From: Methanomethylovorans hollandica DSM 15978
GTDB taxonomy: Archaea > Halobacteriota > Methanosarcinia > Methanosarcinales > Methanosarcinaceae
Assembly: GCF_000328665.1 (NCBI RefSeq)
Contig: NC_019977.1
Location: forward strand, 1,116,001 to 1,180,000
Direction: 5' to 3'
Length of the DNA: 64,000 nt
A program made the position numbers and the translations under genes. The notes under the pieces are model-generated. The model saw only the letters and a program-made list of their open reading frames with translations. It had not been told where the DNA came from and searched no databases. The number at the start of each line of letters is the position of its first letter. Positions within the stretch are counted from its first letter, which is position 1. Shown one piece after another: positions 1 to 10,316 of the stretch.

Positions 1-1852
1 CCCGGAATATGGGGCTACAATGGGATTCTTCCCTGCTGATGAGAAGACCCTGGAATATATGCTTATGACAGGCAGGGACAGGAAGCATGTGGACATGGTC
101 CGCGAGTACCTCAAGATACAGGGACTGTTCGTAACTGATGATTCTCCGGAACCTGTATTCACACATACGCTGGAACTTGACATGAGCACCGTGGAACCAT
201 GCCTGGCAGGACCCAAAAGACCTCAGGATCGCATAATGCTTTCCGAAATGCCCCACGTATTCCACAAGGCAATGGAAACGTCATTCAAAGAAAAGAGAGG
301 AGGAGAGTTACTCGCAGCAGATCCGGAATACAATCGCTGGCTGGAAGAGGGGGGGTACAGTGTTGCAAAGGACAAATATCCTGGTCATTCTGGTCTTCTG
401 AAGATCAAATGTTCTGAAGATAATGTTTCTGTCTCGCATGGTGCTGTGGTTATTGCATCCATTACTTCATGCACCAATACTTCCAATCCCGCCGTGCTCA
501 TAGGTGCAGGGCTGCTTGCAAAGAAAGCGGTGGAGAGGGGACTGCGGGTGAAACCCTTTGTGAAGACAAGCTTGTCTCCGGGTTCTAGGGTAGTAACCGA
601 CTATCTGAAAGCTTCGGAATTAACACCTTATCTCGAGGCTCTGGGATTCCATGAGGTAGGATATGGATGTACCACATGTATCGGTAACAGTGGTCCTCTG
701 AAGGATTCAGTGTCTCAGGCAATAAAGAACAAAGACCTTACAGTTGCTGCAGTACTTAGCGGTAACAGGAATTTCGAGGGCAGAATCAATGCCCAGATAA
801 AGGCGAACTATCTTGCTTCTCCCATACTGGTGGTCGCATTTGCTCTTGCAGGTACAGTGGACATCGATCTTACCCGGGAACCTGTAGCATGTGATCCTAA
901 TGGGCAGCCAGTGTATCTGAAAGATATATGGCCCGGACGGGAAGAGATCAATGATTATGTTTCCAGGTATGTTCTTCCTGAAATGTTTGAAAACCAATAC
1001 TCCAATGTGTTTGAAGGCACACAGCTGTGGAAGCAAATGAATGCTCCCAGCGGAACCCAATATAGCTGGAATCCTGAATCCACTTATATCCAGGAGCCAC
1101 CTTTCTTCAAGGATTTCCCACTTGATATAAGGGCAAAACAGGATATAAAGGGTGCAAGGGTTCTGGCAATGCTGGGTGACAGTATAACCACTGACCATAT
1201 ATCACCTGCAGGGTCCATACCTGCACACTATCCTGCCGGAGAATATCTCCTTAACCGCGGTGTAGATGAAAAGCATTTTAATTCATATGGAGCCCGCAGA
1301 GGAAATCATGAGGTCATGATGCGTGGGACCTTTGGTAATGTCAGGCTCAAAAATCAGCTTGTTCCAGGAAAAGTGGGCTCCTGGACCTTGCATCTGCCTG
1401 ACAGACAGGAGATGTACATCTATGATGCTGCCATGCAGTATATGAAAGATAAAGTCCCATTGATAGTGATCGCAGGCAAAGAGTATGGTACTGGAAGTTC
1501 TCGCGACTGGGCTGCCAAGGGTACTCAGCTTTTGGGAGTCCAAGCAGTGATAGCTGAATCATTCGAGCGTATTCACCGCAGCAATCTTATAGGCATGGGA
1601 GTACTTCCCCTGCAATTCAAGGAAGGAGAGAATTTCAGAACCTTTGGATTAGATGGGACTGAAGTATATGATCTGTTGGATATTGCCATGTTGCAGCCCG
1701 CCGGTGAACTGAGGGTTGTGGCCCACAAGGCAGATGGCACCGCAAAAACCTTCAATGTCATTGTAAGGCTTAATTCTTCCATTGAGGTGGAATATTTCCG
1801 AAATGGAGGAATATTGCATAGGTTCCTCAGGGAGAATATCAAAGGGAACTGA
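1..1852 (+). CDS. acnA: Aconitate hydratase A (5' end outside window)
   Basis: Motifs ITSCTNTSNP, GYGCTTCIGNSG, SGNRNFEGR, TTDHISPAG, GSSRDWAAKG; frame is open from the window start. Confidence 0.97.
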   Translation, partial: PEYGATMGFFPADEKTLEYMLMTGRDRKHVDMVREYLKIQGLFVTDDSPEPVFTHTLELDMSTVEPCLAGPKRPQDRIMLSEMPHVFHKAMETSFKEKRGGELLAADPEYNRWLEEGGYSVAKDKYPGHSGLLKIKCSEDNVSVSHGAVVIASITSCTNTSNPAVLIGAGLLAKKAVERGLRVKPFVKTSLSPGSRVVTDYLKASELTPYLEALGFHEVGYGCTTCIGNSGPLKDSVSQAIKNKDLTVAAVLSGNRNFEGRINAQIKANYLASPILVVAFALAGTVDIDLTREPVACDPNGQPVYLKDIWPGREEINDYVSRYVLPEMFENQYSNVFEGTQLWKQMNAPSGTQYSWNPESTYIQEPPFFKDFPLDIRAKQDIKGARVLAMLGDSITTDHISPAGSIPAHYPAGEYLLNRGVDEKHFNSYGARRGNHEVMMRGTFGNVRLKNQLVPGKVGSWTLHLPDRQEMYIYDAAMQYMKDKVPLIVIAGKEYGTGSSRDWAAKGTQLLGVQAVIAESFERIHRSNLIGMGVLPLQFKEGENFRTFGLDGTEVYDLLDIAMLQPAGELRVVAHKADGTAKTFNVIVRLNSSIEVEYFRNGGILHRFLRENIKGN

Positions 1853-2012
1853 GTTTCCCTTTAGATCATTTTTTAATAAATTTTAAAAATATTATGCTAC
1901 CCGGTGGTCCTGGCATGAAAAACAGTAAAATATAAAAAGAGCTTTGTCGGCATATATAAGTAATACCGACAGCAGATCAATAATTATAATTTAGTATATT
2001 GATGACTTAAGT

Positions 2013-2216
2013 TCAGTATCTCTTTGGTGGCCTGTGAGCTGGCAGGCAGTCCCTGCAGTATACTGGTCTGTCGGGGTCAGGTTCGAAAGGTACCTGTGTT
2101 TCCTTACCACAGTCTGCGCAGGTTGCATTGTGCATCTCTCTGTTTTCCCCACCGAAACCGCCACGGCCGCTGCCGCCTCTGTTTCCTTGGGATGATCCAA
2201 ATCCTCTGCGTTCCAT
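2013..2216 (-). CDS. Small CxxC-x17-CxxC zinc-ribbon protein with Gly/Arg-rich N-terminus
   Basis: REMHNATCADCGKETQVPFEPDPDRPVYCRDC; GGAGGT RBS upstream. Confidence 0.9.
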   Translation of the reverse strand: MERRGFGSSQGNRGGSGRGGFGGENREMHNATCADCGKETQVPFEPDPDRPVYCRDCLPAHRPPKRY

Positions 2217-2605
2217 ATATTTACCTCCTATTTATTTTATTATCAATCTATCCAAAAGAGACACTCTGTTTCTTGTAGGAGGCTTTTTGAACATAATTGA
2301 CTCATTTATACATTGTTTTTTCAAATATAATAGTTTTGCTTAAAAAGGGTATAAATTCACATGAATATGAAACTGTAGGTTGCGGTTTTGTTTAAAATGA
2401 ATTTTTATTATATAATTTTTTATATTAATTTGTGCTTTATATACACTCGGTTTCTTAAAAGATTTATAAAAATTGAAAAAGCTCATAAAAGGGTGCTACA
2501 GAATGAATATGATAGATGCTAATTCGTAAAAACACTTAAATATGTTTGAATAAAACACTCATATTACATATTTTACTAAAAACACGTTGCTTATAAAATG
2601 GGATT

Positions 2606-3706
2606 TTGATGGACCAGGTAAAAAAGGGCTTAGAGGGTGTTGTAGCTTTGGATACGCAAATATCTTTTATAGACGGTGTCCAGGGCATACTCAGATACAG
2701 AGGTATAGAGATAGAAAAGCTTGCAGACCTTTCTTATGATGCGGTTTCTTATCTTCTCATATATGGAAAGATACCCGACGCCGGAGAACTGAAACCATTT
2801 TCCATGGAGCTTATTAAGGAAAGGGACGTGCATCCACATCTTCTGGACATGTTGAAGTTCTGTGATTTTGAGCACGAATTCCTCGATGCCTTGAGAACTG
2901 CTATTTCCGTATGTGCGCATTTTGATGAAGATTTAAATGACATTTCTGAGCAGGCCAATGTCAGAAAGGCCATAAGGCTCATTGCGCGGTTCCCGACACT
3001 GGTTGCCGCTTTTTACAGGATGGCTAATGGTCTGGAAGTAATATCCCCGGATCCATCTCTCTCCCATGGAGCGAATTTCCTGTATATGCTAAGAGGAGCA
3101 CTTCCCACTGCACTGGAAGCGCAAGCAATGGAAAAAGATTTTATTCTCAGTGCGGAGCATGAACTGAATCCTTCTACCTTCGCTTTGAGGATAACCGCTT
3201 CCACTCTCTCTGACATGCATTCAGCCGTCATATCAGGTCTCTGCACCCTTAAAGGCTCCCTGCACGGCGGGGCAAGGGAGGGAGTGATGGATATGCTGGA
3301 TGATATAGGTTCAGCTGACAATATCGCAGCATATGTTCAGGAGCATCTGGAGCACAAGCAGAGAATAATGGGATTCGGACACCGGGTCTATAAGACCTAT
3401 GATCCCAGGGCCCGTATCTACAGGGACATAGCAATGCAAGTGGCCACGGAGAAAGGTAAAAGCCACTGGTTTGACCTTGCCAGGGAAATAGAGTCAGTAA
3501 TGTATCATGAAATGGTTGAGAACAAGCATAAACCCATATATCCGAACGTGGACTTCTACTCAGGGGTACTGTATAAGGACCTGGATATTCCTTCATATAT
3601 GGCTACCTCTATCTTTGCCATAGGAAGGATATCCGGATGGATAGCTCATTTTATGGAACAATATGCTGATAACAGGGTCATCAGGCCCAGAGCACATTTT
3701 GTTTAA
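2606..3706 (+). CDS. gltA: Citrate synthase (or 2-methylcitrate synthase)
   Basis: AEHELNPSTF, LKGSLHGGA, IMGFGHRVYK, YPNVDFYSG, IRPR motifs. Confidence 0.93.
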   Translation: MMDQVKKGLEGVVALDTQISFIDGVQGILRYRGIEIEKLADLSYDAVSYLLIYGKIPDAGELKPFSMELIKERDVHPHLLDMLKFCDFEHEFLDALRTAISVCAHFDEDLNDISEQANVRKAIRLIARFPTLVAAFYRMANGLEVISPDPSLSHGANFLYMLRGALPTALEAQAMEKDFILSAEHELNPSTFALRITASTLSDMHSAVISGLCTLKGSLHGGAREGVMDMLDDIGSADNIAAYVQEHLEHKQRIMGFGHRVYKTYDPRARIYRDIAMQVATEKGKSHWFDLAREIESVMYHEMVENKHKPIYPNVDFYSGVLYKDLDIPSYMATSIFAIGRISGWIAHFMEQYADNRVIRPRAHFV

Positions 3707-3750
3707 AGGATCTGCAACATCAAAAAGTCTCGGATCCAGAGGACTGAAAA

Positions 3751-4203
3751 TCAAGGATCTCTGTTTGCCTTTCTTTTTTCGGCTATTATCTTCAGTTGCT
3801 CGTTCATGGCATTGAAGCCATTTTCCGTGTCTTCTTTTATCAGATACATAAATAATGGTACGAGAAGGCCGGTGAATTTTTCGCAATTGATGAAATGTAC
3901 ACTTCCATCTTCCATTTCCTCTATCCTGAACAAATGCTCGCCGTCCAGTAATCCCTTTACCCAGAATTGCCCTTTCCAGCGTATTTCCCTGTTTACCTCT
4001 GTATTGAGCACCACAGGTTTGAGATTGATCTTCAAGAAGTCATTGGTTTTAAACTGCACTTCGAGCAGTTCTCCAATTTGCAGTTTTCCGGAAACATGGG
4101 TGATAAATGGGTTCCATGCATGATACTCTTTGAGATCAGCGAGAACTTCCCATACATCTTTCGGCAATGCCTGAATGTTGATCGTTGTACAAATTCTTTT
4201 CAT
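3751..4203 (-). CDS. SRPBCC/polyketide-cyclase-like protein
   Basis: I.I.A....VW.VL.D...Y..WNPFI start; F.AMN..LK...E end. Confidence 0.85.
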   Translation of the reverse strand: MKRICTTINIQALPKDVWEVLADLKEYHAWNPFITHVSGKLQIGELLEVQFKTNDFLKINLKPVVLNTEVNREIRWKGQFWVKGLLDGEHLFRIEEMEDGSVHFINCEKFTGLLVPLFMYLIKEDTENGFNAMNEQLKIIAEKRKANRDP

Positions 4204-4542
4204 ATTGATCTTTTAAAACCCTTAAAAGTTTATTGCGGCTTAGAGGGTGTCATTTATGAGAACATCAATGATCTTATGAAAACCTTCCTTATCTGCATTT
4301 TTGAAATAATGTGCAGAATCTATGCCTATAACCATGAAAAAAACCAGTAAAGCATTGTTGAGCGAATATCTCATTAAATTCTCCTTGTCATTTTAATGCA
4401 CGAGCTCAAACTTTAAATGTTTAGCGTTTGATATATTATCACAAGATACTAGAGGCTTTATAAAAACCTCATTATTTGAAAATAGTTGTATGACGTACAT
4501 AACTAATTGATTATAAAGAGGGTTAATCTAAATCTTCAACAA

Positions 4543-4840
4543 TTAATATTGAAACTTAAAGTCTCAATAGAGTCCCTTTATTGAAAAATGAACCAATGAC
4601 TTGATTACTTCTTTTGAGTTCCTTCTTTACCCTTGCCAAGATATTCGTAGTTTTTCTTTTTCTCCAATGCTCTTTTGCTGTATTTTTGTTAGTCACGAGT
4701 GTGCTTCCAGCATCTTCACTATCGACAAAATAATCTTCTAAAAGGTCATATAGATTTATGGTCCTGTATCTTGCGAGCTCACTCCCATGATCTACTAAGG
4801 ACAGGATTATCATATTTTACAGCAATTTAGATACGCTGGC
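4543..4840 (-). mobile_element. Internally deleted IS256-family remnant
   Basis: NLYDLLEDYFVD (transposase N-terminus) is joined to KEHWRK.KTTNIL...ELKR (C-terminus), both matching the element at 43840-45093; TIR-like TTTACAGCAATTTAGATACGCT at 4816-4837. Confidence 0.85.
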
Positions 4841-4878
4841 GTTTTTCAAGTGCTGAAGGGGCCAGCACTACGAAATTT

Positions 4879-5091
4879 TTATTTCAGTTTTATTACACAG
4901 ACATGATCAATCTTTTCCATGAGTAACTTATCTTCTCTTGCAAGCCAACCAACGGCCATTAAGACTGTTTCGGAATCAAAACCGCTTTTTTTGAGCGTTC
5001 TCTTCAGTTTAGCTGTAGTTGATTCGTCTTTCTCAAGCAGTCTGTAAACATGGCCTGCTGCCTCTCCTATACTAAAACATACGTCATCCAT
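4879..5091 (-). CDS. Small winged-helix protein (DUF2582-like)
   Basis: IGEAAG.VY..L and MAVGWLAREDK motifs. Confidence 0.85.
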   Translation of the reverse strand: MDDVCFSIGEAAGHVYRLLEKDESTTAKLKRTLKKSGFDSETVLMAVGWLAREDKLLMEKIDHVCVIKLK

Positions 5092-5541
5092 ATTCTCACC
5101 GGTATTTTACTTTACTTATGTACAGACTATAATGATGGATATGTTAATTTTGAAATGCCCTCATCTTGCAAAAATATACATCTATTCCATTAGATCCCAT
5201 TTTCATGCTACCCCTCATTGCATGTGGAACTCCCCAGTTCCCAATCCGCTTATCACATCTCATCTGAGAAGATATTGCTTATTTCCAATTTAAATAAAAC
5301 TTATTCTATATAACATCTACGGGGTTTAATTTAATGTCATTGCAAAAATTGTAATGCCATTATAATTTTAAAATCTATTGTTCCGGTTACTTTCGCTATC
5401 CTTGGCTCAGGTGCTTATTATCATACTTTCAAGTTCAGATAAAGTATCCAATCAATTGCACATCTGCACTATGTTTCTGTAATTCTGTTACCCACAGATG
5501 CATATTCCACTGTTTTGTAAGGGAAGAGCATTTGAGCTGTT

Positions 5542-5639
5542 GGCAGCGTATCTATTTTGCTGTAAAATGTGATAGTCCTGAACCTTAATAGAATATTACA
5601 AACAACTAGGAGAAGGTACAGCAAAATAGAGGCCCTACC
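5542..5639. mobile_element. 98-bp MITE derived from the IS256-family element
   Basis: Left end GGCAGCGTATCTATTTTGCTGTAAA is 24/25 to the IS end at 45069-45093 (reverse complement) and continues into the IS 5' UTR; right end TACAGCAAAATAGAGGCCCTACC is an inverted copy. Confidence 0.85.
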
Positions 5640-6658
5640 TAAAATCCCAAGCCTTCTGTATATTCACATACCTTTAGCATATTATGCTGCCCATAATAAT
5701 TTACATTCAGGTCTTGTTAAATATCATTGTGTTATAAGTTATTTTAATCCAGTTAAAAATTACTGGGGCTAAATCCATAGGGGATTAAAAATCCCACAAA
5801 CTTCCCAAGATGTCAGCAAAATTCTCATCCTCTCCATGCTGACATCTCCCACTCTTCACAAGGATGCTGGTTAAAAGATTTGATATGGCTATCCTGCTCT
5901 GTTGCTTTACCGGGCTGCGTTCCGGTTTGACAGTTTAATATAAGAAACATACACCAGGGGCATGATCACCTCCTCCTGTTGATGGTACCGAATGCTGTTA
6001 CAAAGAACCCAGCAAACACTGCAGTTGCCAGCCATGCCATTCTGTTGACATCCTGGTATTGAGCTGCCACATCAGTAATAGTCATTGTGGTGAACTGATT
6101 GGAGAGATCTGCAACTCTTGTCTGGGTGGTAATGTAGTCTTCTTCTGAGCATACGCCGTTACACACATTTTTACCCACAACCGGGGGAGTACATGGGTAA
6201 ATTGCACACAATAGAAGAAATATTATTCAATATATCTAATGTTTCTAAAAAAGATTTTTATAAAAATTGATGAAAGGCGGGGTATTGATGCGATTTATAC
6301 AGATTGTCCATATGTATAAAAATATACAATAATGATATAGTTCCAGTACAAAAGTGTAGCAGATCACATGCCAACGGCTGCATGGTTAATGAGTTGAGAC
6401 GATAGTGCAGAAGAGATTTTAGAAGAATAGTGTGTTGGTGGGAGGTGTGTAGGCTCTCATCGAGCGTGTGTGCGCATGAGGTGTGGAAGTTATTAATAAA
6501 TCTATCTATGTGTAAAACGTCCTCTATATAACGAATTTTTCTCGACACAGGCAATAAACTGTTAACATAAATGTAATAATGATAAGTTCCACATAATGGA
6601 AGCAGCAGCAGATTTATTTGTGACAGCCTCAATAGTATGAGTGAAGAAGTCTATTCAC

Positions 6659-7273
6659 TCAATTTTCAAATGCAAGTGCATCTTTTGGACATATCTCAAT
6701 GCATCTGCCACATTTTATGCAATCTCTTTTAGTAAGGCTATTACGGACATCCAGCTGCATTGGACACACTTTATCACACTTCTTACAGTTGATGCATTTT
6801 TCAGCATCCAATTTTACCTGATACCGATCTTTTCCCAAAATGTGCTGTACCGTACCCATGGGACAGAATGTACACCAGGTCCTGGGATTGATGGACAAGC
6901 CCAGCAATATGGCTATTGTAGTTGTGGTCAGACACATGATCACAAGTATCATACCTATCTGATTGAACAGACCCTGAGTCTGTAGCAGCCTGTATCCCAT
7001 AAATCCCATCATGAACAAAAATATGGGTACTCTTATCCAGAAACTCCTAAGCACAGGAGGGATCTTTTTATTCTGACTGATCTTGCCTAACCAGAAATCA
7101 TTGAAACTGCCTCTGGGACACAGATTTCCGCAGAACCACCTTCCTCTGAAAGGACTGATGAGCAGTAAGGTGCCAAACACCAGGAGCATGAAGTATCCCA
7201 ATACTGGATACCACAAACCTGCAATAGATACGATGATTACAAGGATCCCAAGATATGGAGTAATTTTAAGCAT
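6659..7273 (-). CDS. Membrane 4Fe-4S-binding protein (NapH/FixG-like polyferredoxin)
   Basis: TM helices, two CxxxCP motifs and two CxxCxxCxxxCP ferredoxin motifs. Confidence 0.9.
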   Translation of the reverse strand: MLKITPYLGILVIIVSIAGLWYPVLGYFMLLVFGTLLLISPFRGRWFCGNLCPRGSFNDFWLGKISQNKKIPPVLRSFWIRVPIFLFMMGFMGYRLLQTQGLFNQIGMILVIMCLTTTTIAILLGLSINPRTWCTFCPMGTVQHILGKDRYQVKLDAEKCINCKKCDKVCPMQLDVRNSLTKRDCIKCGRCIEICPKDALAFEN

Positions 7274-7303
7274 TTTTTCACCAGGACAATGTATTAGGGA
7301 CTT

Positions 7304-7681
7304 TCAAGGAACAATTACAATATTTTGATCCTCTTCCCATATTATCAGTTCTTTTTCAACGCGCTCAACCCAGCTATTAATTATTTTCATGATAAGTTCT
7401 TTGATCTCTCTCTTGTTCTTTATCCTGTACACAAAGAAATAGCCCCCTCCGTCCAGGTTGTTCTGGAACTTTTGCAGTACTTTTTTTTCAGTGAGTTTTT
7501 TGACGCTTCTCTGTACTGTGGATATGTCAAGAGACAGATCTGCAGCTACTTGCTCGGTAGTGAACCATCTGGTATCATTTCCCAAGAGATATTTCAATAC
7601 CTGAAGCTCTGCTTTTGTCAGATTGAGACCACACTTTATGACAGCTTCGATCTGGAACTCCTTACATGCAAAATCTACCAT
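7304..7681 (-). CDS. HTH (TrmB/MarR-like) transcriptional regulator
   Basis: TTEQVAADLSLDISTVQRSVKKL helix-turn-helix and GGGYFFVY wing. Confidence 0.85.
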   Translation of the reverse strand: MVDFACKEFQIEAVIKCGLNLTKAELQVLKYLLGNDTRWFTTEQVAADLSLDISTVQRSVKKLTEKKVLQKFQNNLDGGGYFFVYRIKNKREIKELIMKIINSWVERVEKELIIWEEDQNIVIVP

Positions 7682-7700
7682 AACACTACCTCTGCATAGT

Positions 7701-7780
7701 TACAGTACTGTATTAACATAACAGTATTATATAAACCATGTCAAGTACTGCAATATACTGACCATTAATAGCAGTACTGC
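7701..7780. promoter_or_regulatory. Cluster of CAGTACTG palindromes, candidate operator
   Basis: TACAGTACTGTA at 7701-7712, GCAGTACTGC at 7771-7780 and partial copies at 7721 and 7743, directly upstream of the regulator. Confidence 0.5.
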
Positions 7781-7848
7781 CAAGAAGAGGGAAAGCCCTT
7801 AACGAATATCCCGATCTCAAGATCATTCGCAAGATGAGTAAATTCCGT

Positions 7849-8463
7849 TTATTGTTTGATATAGCCGGGTGTCAGCTTTTTCTCCAGCAAGGTAAAAGAA
7901 AGATCTATGAACAGAGCCAGCAATATTGCAGGGATAGCTCCTAAGAGCAGCTTTTCAGTGTTATAGCCGATTAGTCCCTGAAAGATGATTTCTCCCAATC
8001 CGCCGCTGCCAATGAACGCAGTAAGTACAGCTATGCTGTTTGCCAGGATGGCTGCAAACTTGATACCTGCGAACATGGCGGGATATGCATTCGGGAACCT
8101 TATATAGCGCTGTATCTGCCATTCACTGAGCCCGATGCCGTTAGCATAGTCTATAAGCGCAGGGTCCACATTTGTAAGACCAATGTATGTGTTCTTGATT
8201 ATAGGCAAAAGCGCCCTCAGCATTATGGCTATAAGTGCAGGAACAAAGCCTATTCCCAGAAAAGGTACCACTATGGCTATCACTGCAAAACTGGGCACTG
8301 CTTGCACAAGGTTGGCAAAGTTCATCACAACTGATGCCAGCCGCCGGCTATAGAGAGAGGCGAATGCAAGAGGTACTGCTACCATGATGCTTGCCAGCAA
8401 CGTGGTGTACACAAGCACGATGTGTTCCCACGTAGCATTCAGTATCAACGCTGTGGCTGCCAT
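7849..8463 (-). CDS. Osmoprotectant (glycine betaine) ABC transporter permease
   Basis: BPD_transp_1 pattern, EAA-like loop, GSGGLG motif. Confidence 0.9.
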   Translation of the reverse strand: MAATALILNATWEHIVLVYTTLLASIMVAVPLAFASLYSRRLASVVMNFANLVQAVPSFAVIAIVVPFLGIGFVPALIAIMLRALLPIIKNTYIGLTNVDPALIDYANGIGLSEWQIQRYIRFPNAYPAMFAGIKFAAILANSIAVLTAFIGSGGLGEIIFQGLIGYNTEKLLLGAIPAILLALFIDLSFTLLEKKLTPGYIKQ

Positions 8464-9101
8464 GTACCATACCTCTTGTACAGTTCTTTTTCAATCCTGC
8501 CAGCCCCGAGGTCAAGTATAACAGCCAGTATCCCTGTCCACAGGCCTGCCAGCAGTATGACATCTTTCTCATACAGCTGGATACCGTTCTGGAGCACGGT
8601 TCCAAGTCCTCCGGCAGCCACAAGCCCTCCCAGTGTGACAACACCCATGGTGAACACCAGAGCTATCCTTATCCCCCCGGCTATGAGAGGCAGGGCCATG
8701 GGTATCCTTACTTTGAGAAGTATGTCCCGTGGTGACAGTCCAATAGCTTCAGCCACATATATGTATTTGCTATCCACGCCTTTAAGGCCGGTATAGGTGT
8801 TCCTTGCTATAGGCAATATTGAATAGATCACCGAAGCAGCTATCGTTGGTCCTGTTCCCAGACGCAAAAGAGGCAAAAGAATGACCAACAATGCCAGATC
8901 CGGTATTGTTTCCAGTAGATTGAGAAAGTTAAGTACCGGGGAAGCTATCCTCGGCCTGATGTATATGAGCACTCCCACACCAACTCCGATTATCACCGAT
9001 ATGGTCAGAGCGATACTGAACATTTCCAGATGTTCAATGGTCCGTATGGTAAGCAGGTGCTTATCCCACAGTGTCATAATTTCGTGGAAATCCTCTATCA
9101 T
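8445..9101 (-). CDS. Osmoprotectant ABC transporter permease
   Basis: TIPDLALL, ILPIARNTYTGL, AGGLG motifs. Confidence 0.9.
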   Translation of the reverse strand: MIEDFHEIMTLWDKHLLTIRTIEHLEMFSIALTISVIIGVGVGVLIYIRPRIASPVLNFLNLLETIPDLALLVILLPLLRLGTGPTIAASVIYSILPIARNTYTGLKGVDSKYIYVAEAIGLSPRDILLKVRIPMALPLIAGGIRIALVFTMGVVTLGGLVAAGGLGTVLQNGIQLYEKDVILLAGLWTGILAVILDLGAGRIEKELYKRYGTWQPQR

Positions 9102-9133
9102 CTTGCTCCATTTACCTTTCCATTATATTTCCA

Positions 9134-10261
9134 TTATATTAACTTCAAAAGCACTTCGTCAGATACCAGCATCCCGCCTACTGTATCTCCGTTCATGACC
9201 ATTGCCATGTGTTCCCCGCTCCTTTTCATCTCAGAGAGTGCTGTTGCCACTGAGTCACGCAGAGCAAAGACCTTCATGGGCTTTGCTATGTCTCTAAGAA
9301 AAGGATGTTGATCCTCACATTTTAACAGGTTCACCATTTCCACTTTGCCTACCAGCATACCATTCTCAAAGACGATACCAATCTCGGTGTCCCTGTCTTT
9401 CATGATCTCCACTGCATCACAGGCATCCACTCCCCCGTCCAGGATATACTTTGCATCCAGTGGGGTCATCAAATCTTTGACATTCAACGTATCCATGTGC
9501 TTGAACTTCCGTTCCGTATCCACGATATCTGCAACCAGGTCGTTCACAGGGTCAAAGATGAGATCTTCCGGAGCACCCACCTGCACAAGCTTGGCATTGT
9601 CCATGATGGCTATCCTGTCCCCAAGTCTGAATGCCTCTTCTATATCGTGGGTGATGAAAACTATAGTCCTGCCGATTTCCTTCTTGATCTCCAGGAACTC
9701 TTTCTGTAACTGTTTTCTCAAGATCGGGTCCAGAGCTCCGAAAGGTTCATCCATCAGAAGAAGTGGCGGATCCATGGCAAGAGCCCTGGCAAGACCCACA
9801 CGCTGCTGCTGGCCGCCGCTTAGCTGCCGTGGATATCTATTGATGAAACGGTCAGGAGGCAGGGAAACGAAATCCAGCAGATGACGCACTCTTCCACTTG
9901 TACTTTTATCGTCCCAGCCTTCAAGTTTTGGAACCAGACCCACATTCTCTCCGATCGTCATGTGAGGGAACAGGCCAATGTTCTGTATCACATAGCCCAT
10001 GTTCCTCCTGAGCTTTACCGGGTCTAACTGCATGACATTCTGTCCATTTATCCGGATGCTCCCGCTGTCCGGTTCTATCATCCTGTTGATCATGCGAAGT
10101 GTTGTTGTCTTTCCGGAACCGCTTGGTCCGATGAGGATCAGCAGTTCTCCTCCCTCTATGGTAAGGTCCAGGGATTCCACAGCATAACGGGAACCATATT
10201 TCTTGCTTATTTGCTGCAGTTCAATGGACTCGATTCTTTCAAACAATCTCTGGGTTGGCAT
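9134..10261 (-). CDS. Osmoprotectant ABC transporter ATPase with CBS domains
   Basis: Walker A GPSGSGKT, LSGGQQQR, MDEPFGALD, C-terminal CBS pair. Confidence 0.93.
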   Translation of the reverse strand: MPTQRLFERIESIELQQISKKYGSRYAVESLDLTIEGGELLILIGPSGSGKTTTLRMINRMIEPDSGSIRINGQNVMQLDPVKLRRNMGYVIQNIGLFPHMTIGENVGLVPKLEGWDDKSTSGRVRHLLDFVSLPPDRFINRYPRQLSGGQQQRVGLARALAMDPPLLLMDEPFGALDPILRKQLQKEFLEIKKEIGRTIVFITHDIEEAFRLGDRIAIMDNAKLVQVGAPEDLIFDPVNDLVADIVDTERKFKHMDTLNVKDLMTPLDAKYILDGGVDACDAVEIMKDRDTEIGIVFENGMLVGKVEMVNLLKCEDQHPFLRDIAKPMKVFALRDSVATALSEMKRSGEHMAMVMNGDTVGGMLVSDEVLLKLI

Positions 10262-10316
10262 CTTTTGTTTCCGGGTATTGTTTTGTAAAAAAGTAATGGA
10301 TGGGACTTATAGAGTC

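Noticed and set aside
5810..6640. Short ORFs at 5966-6211 and 6258-6632, or a possible ncRNA
   Set aside because: No family or structure could be assigned; possibly decayed sequence.
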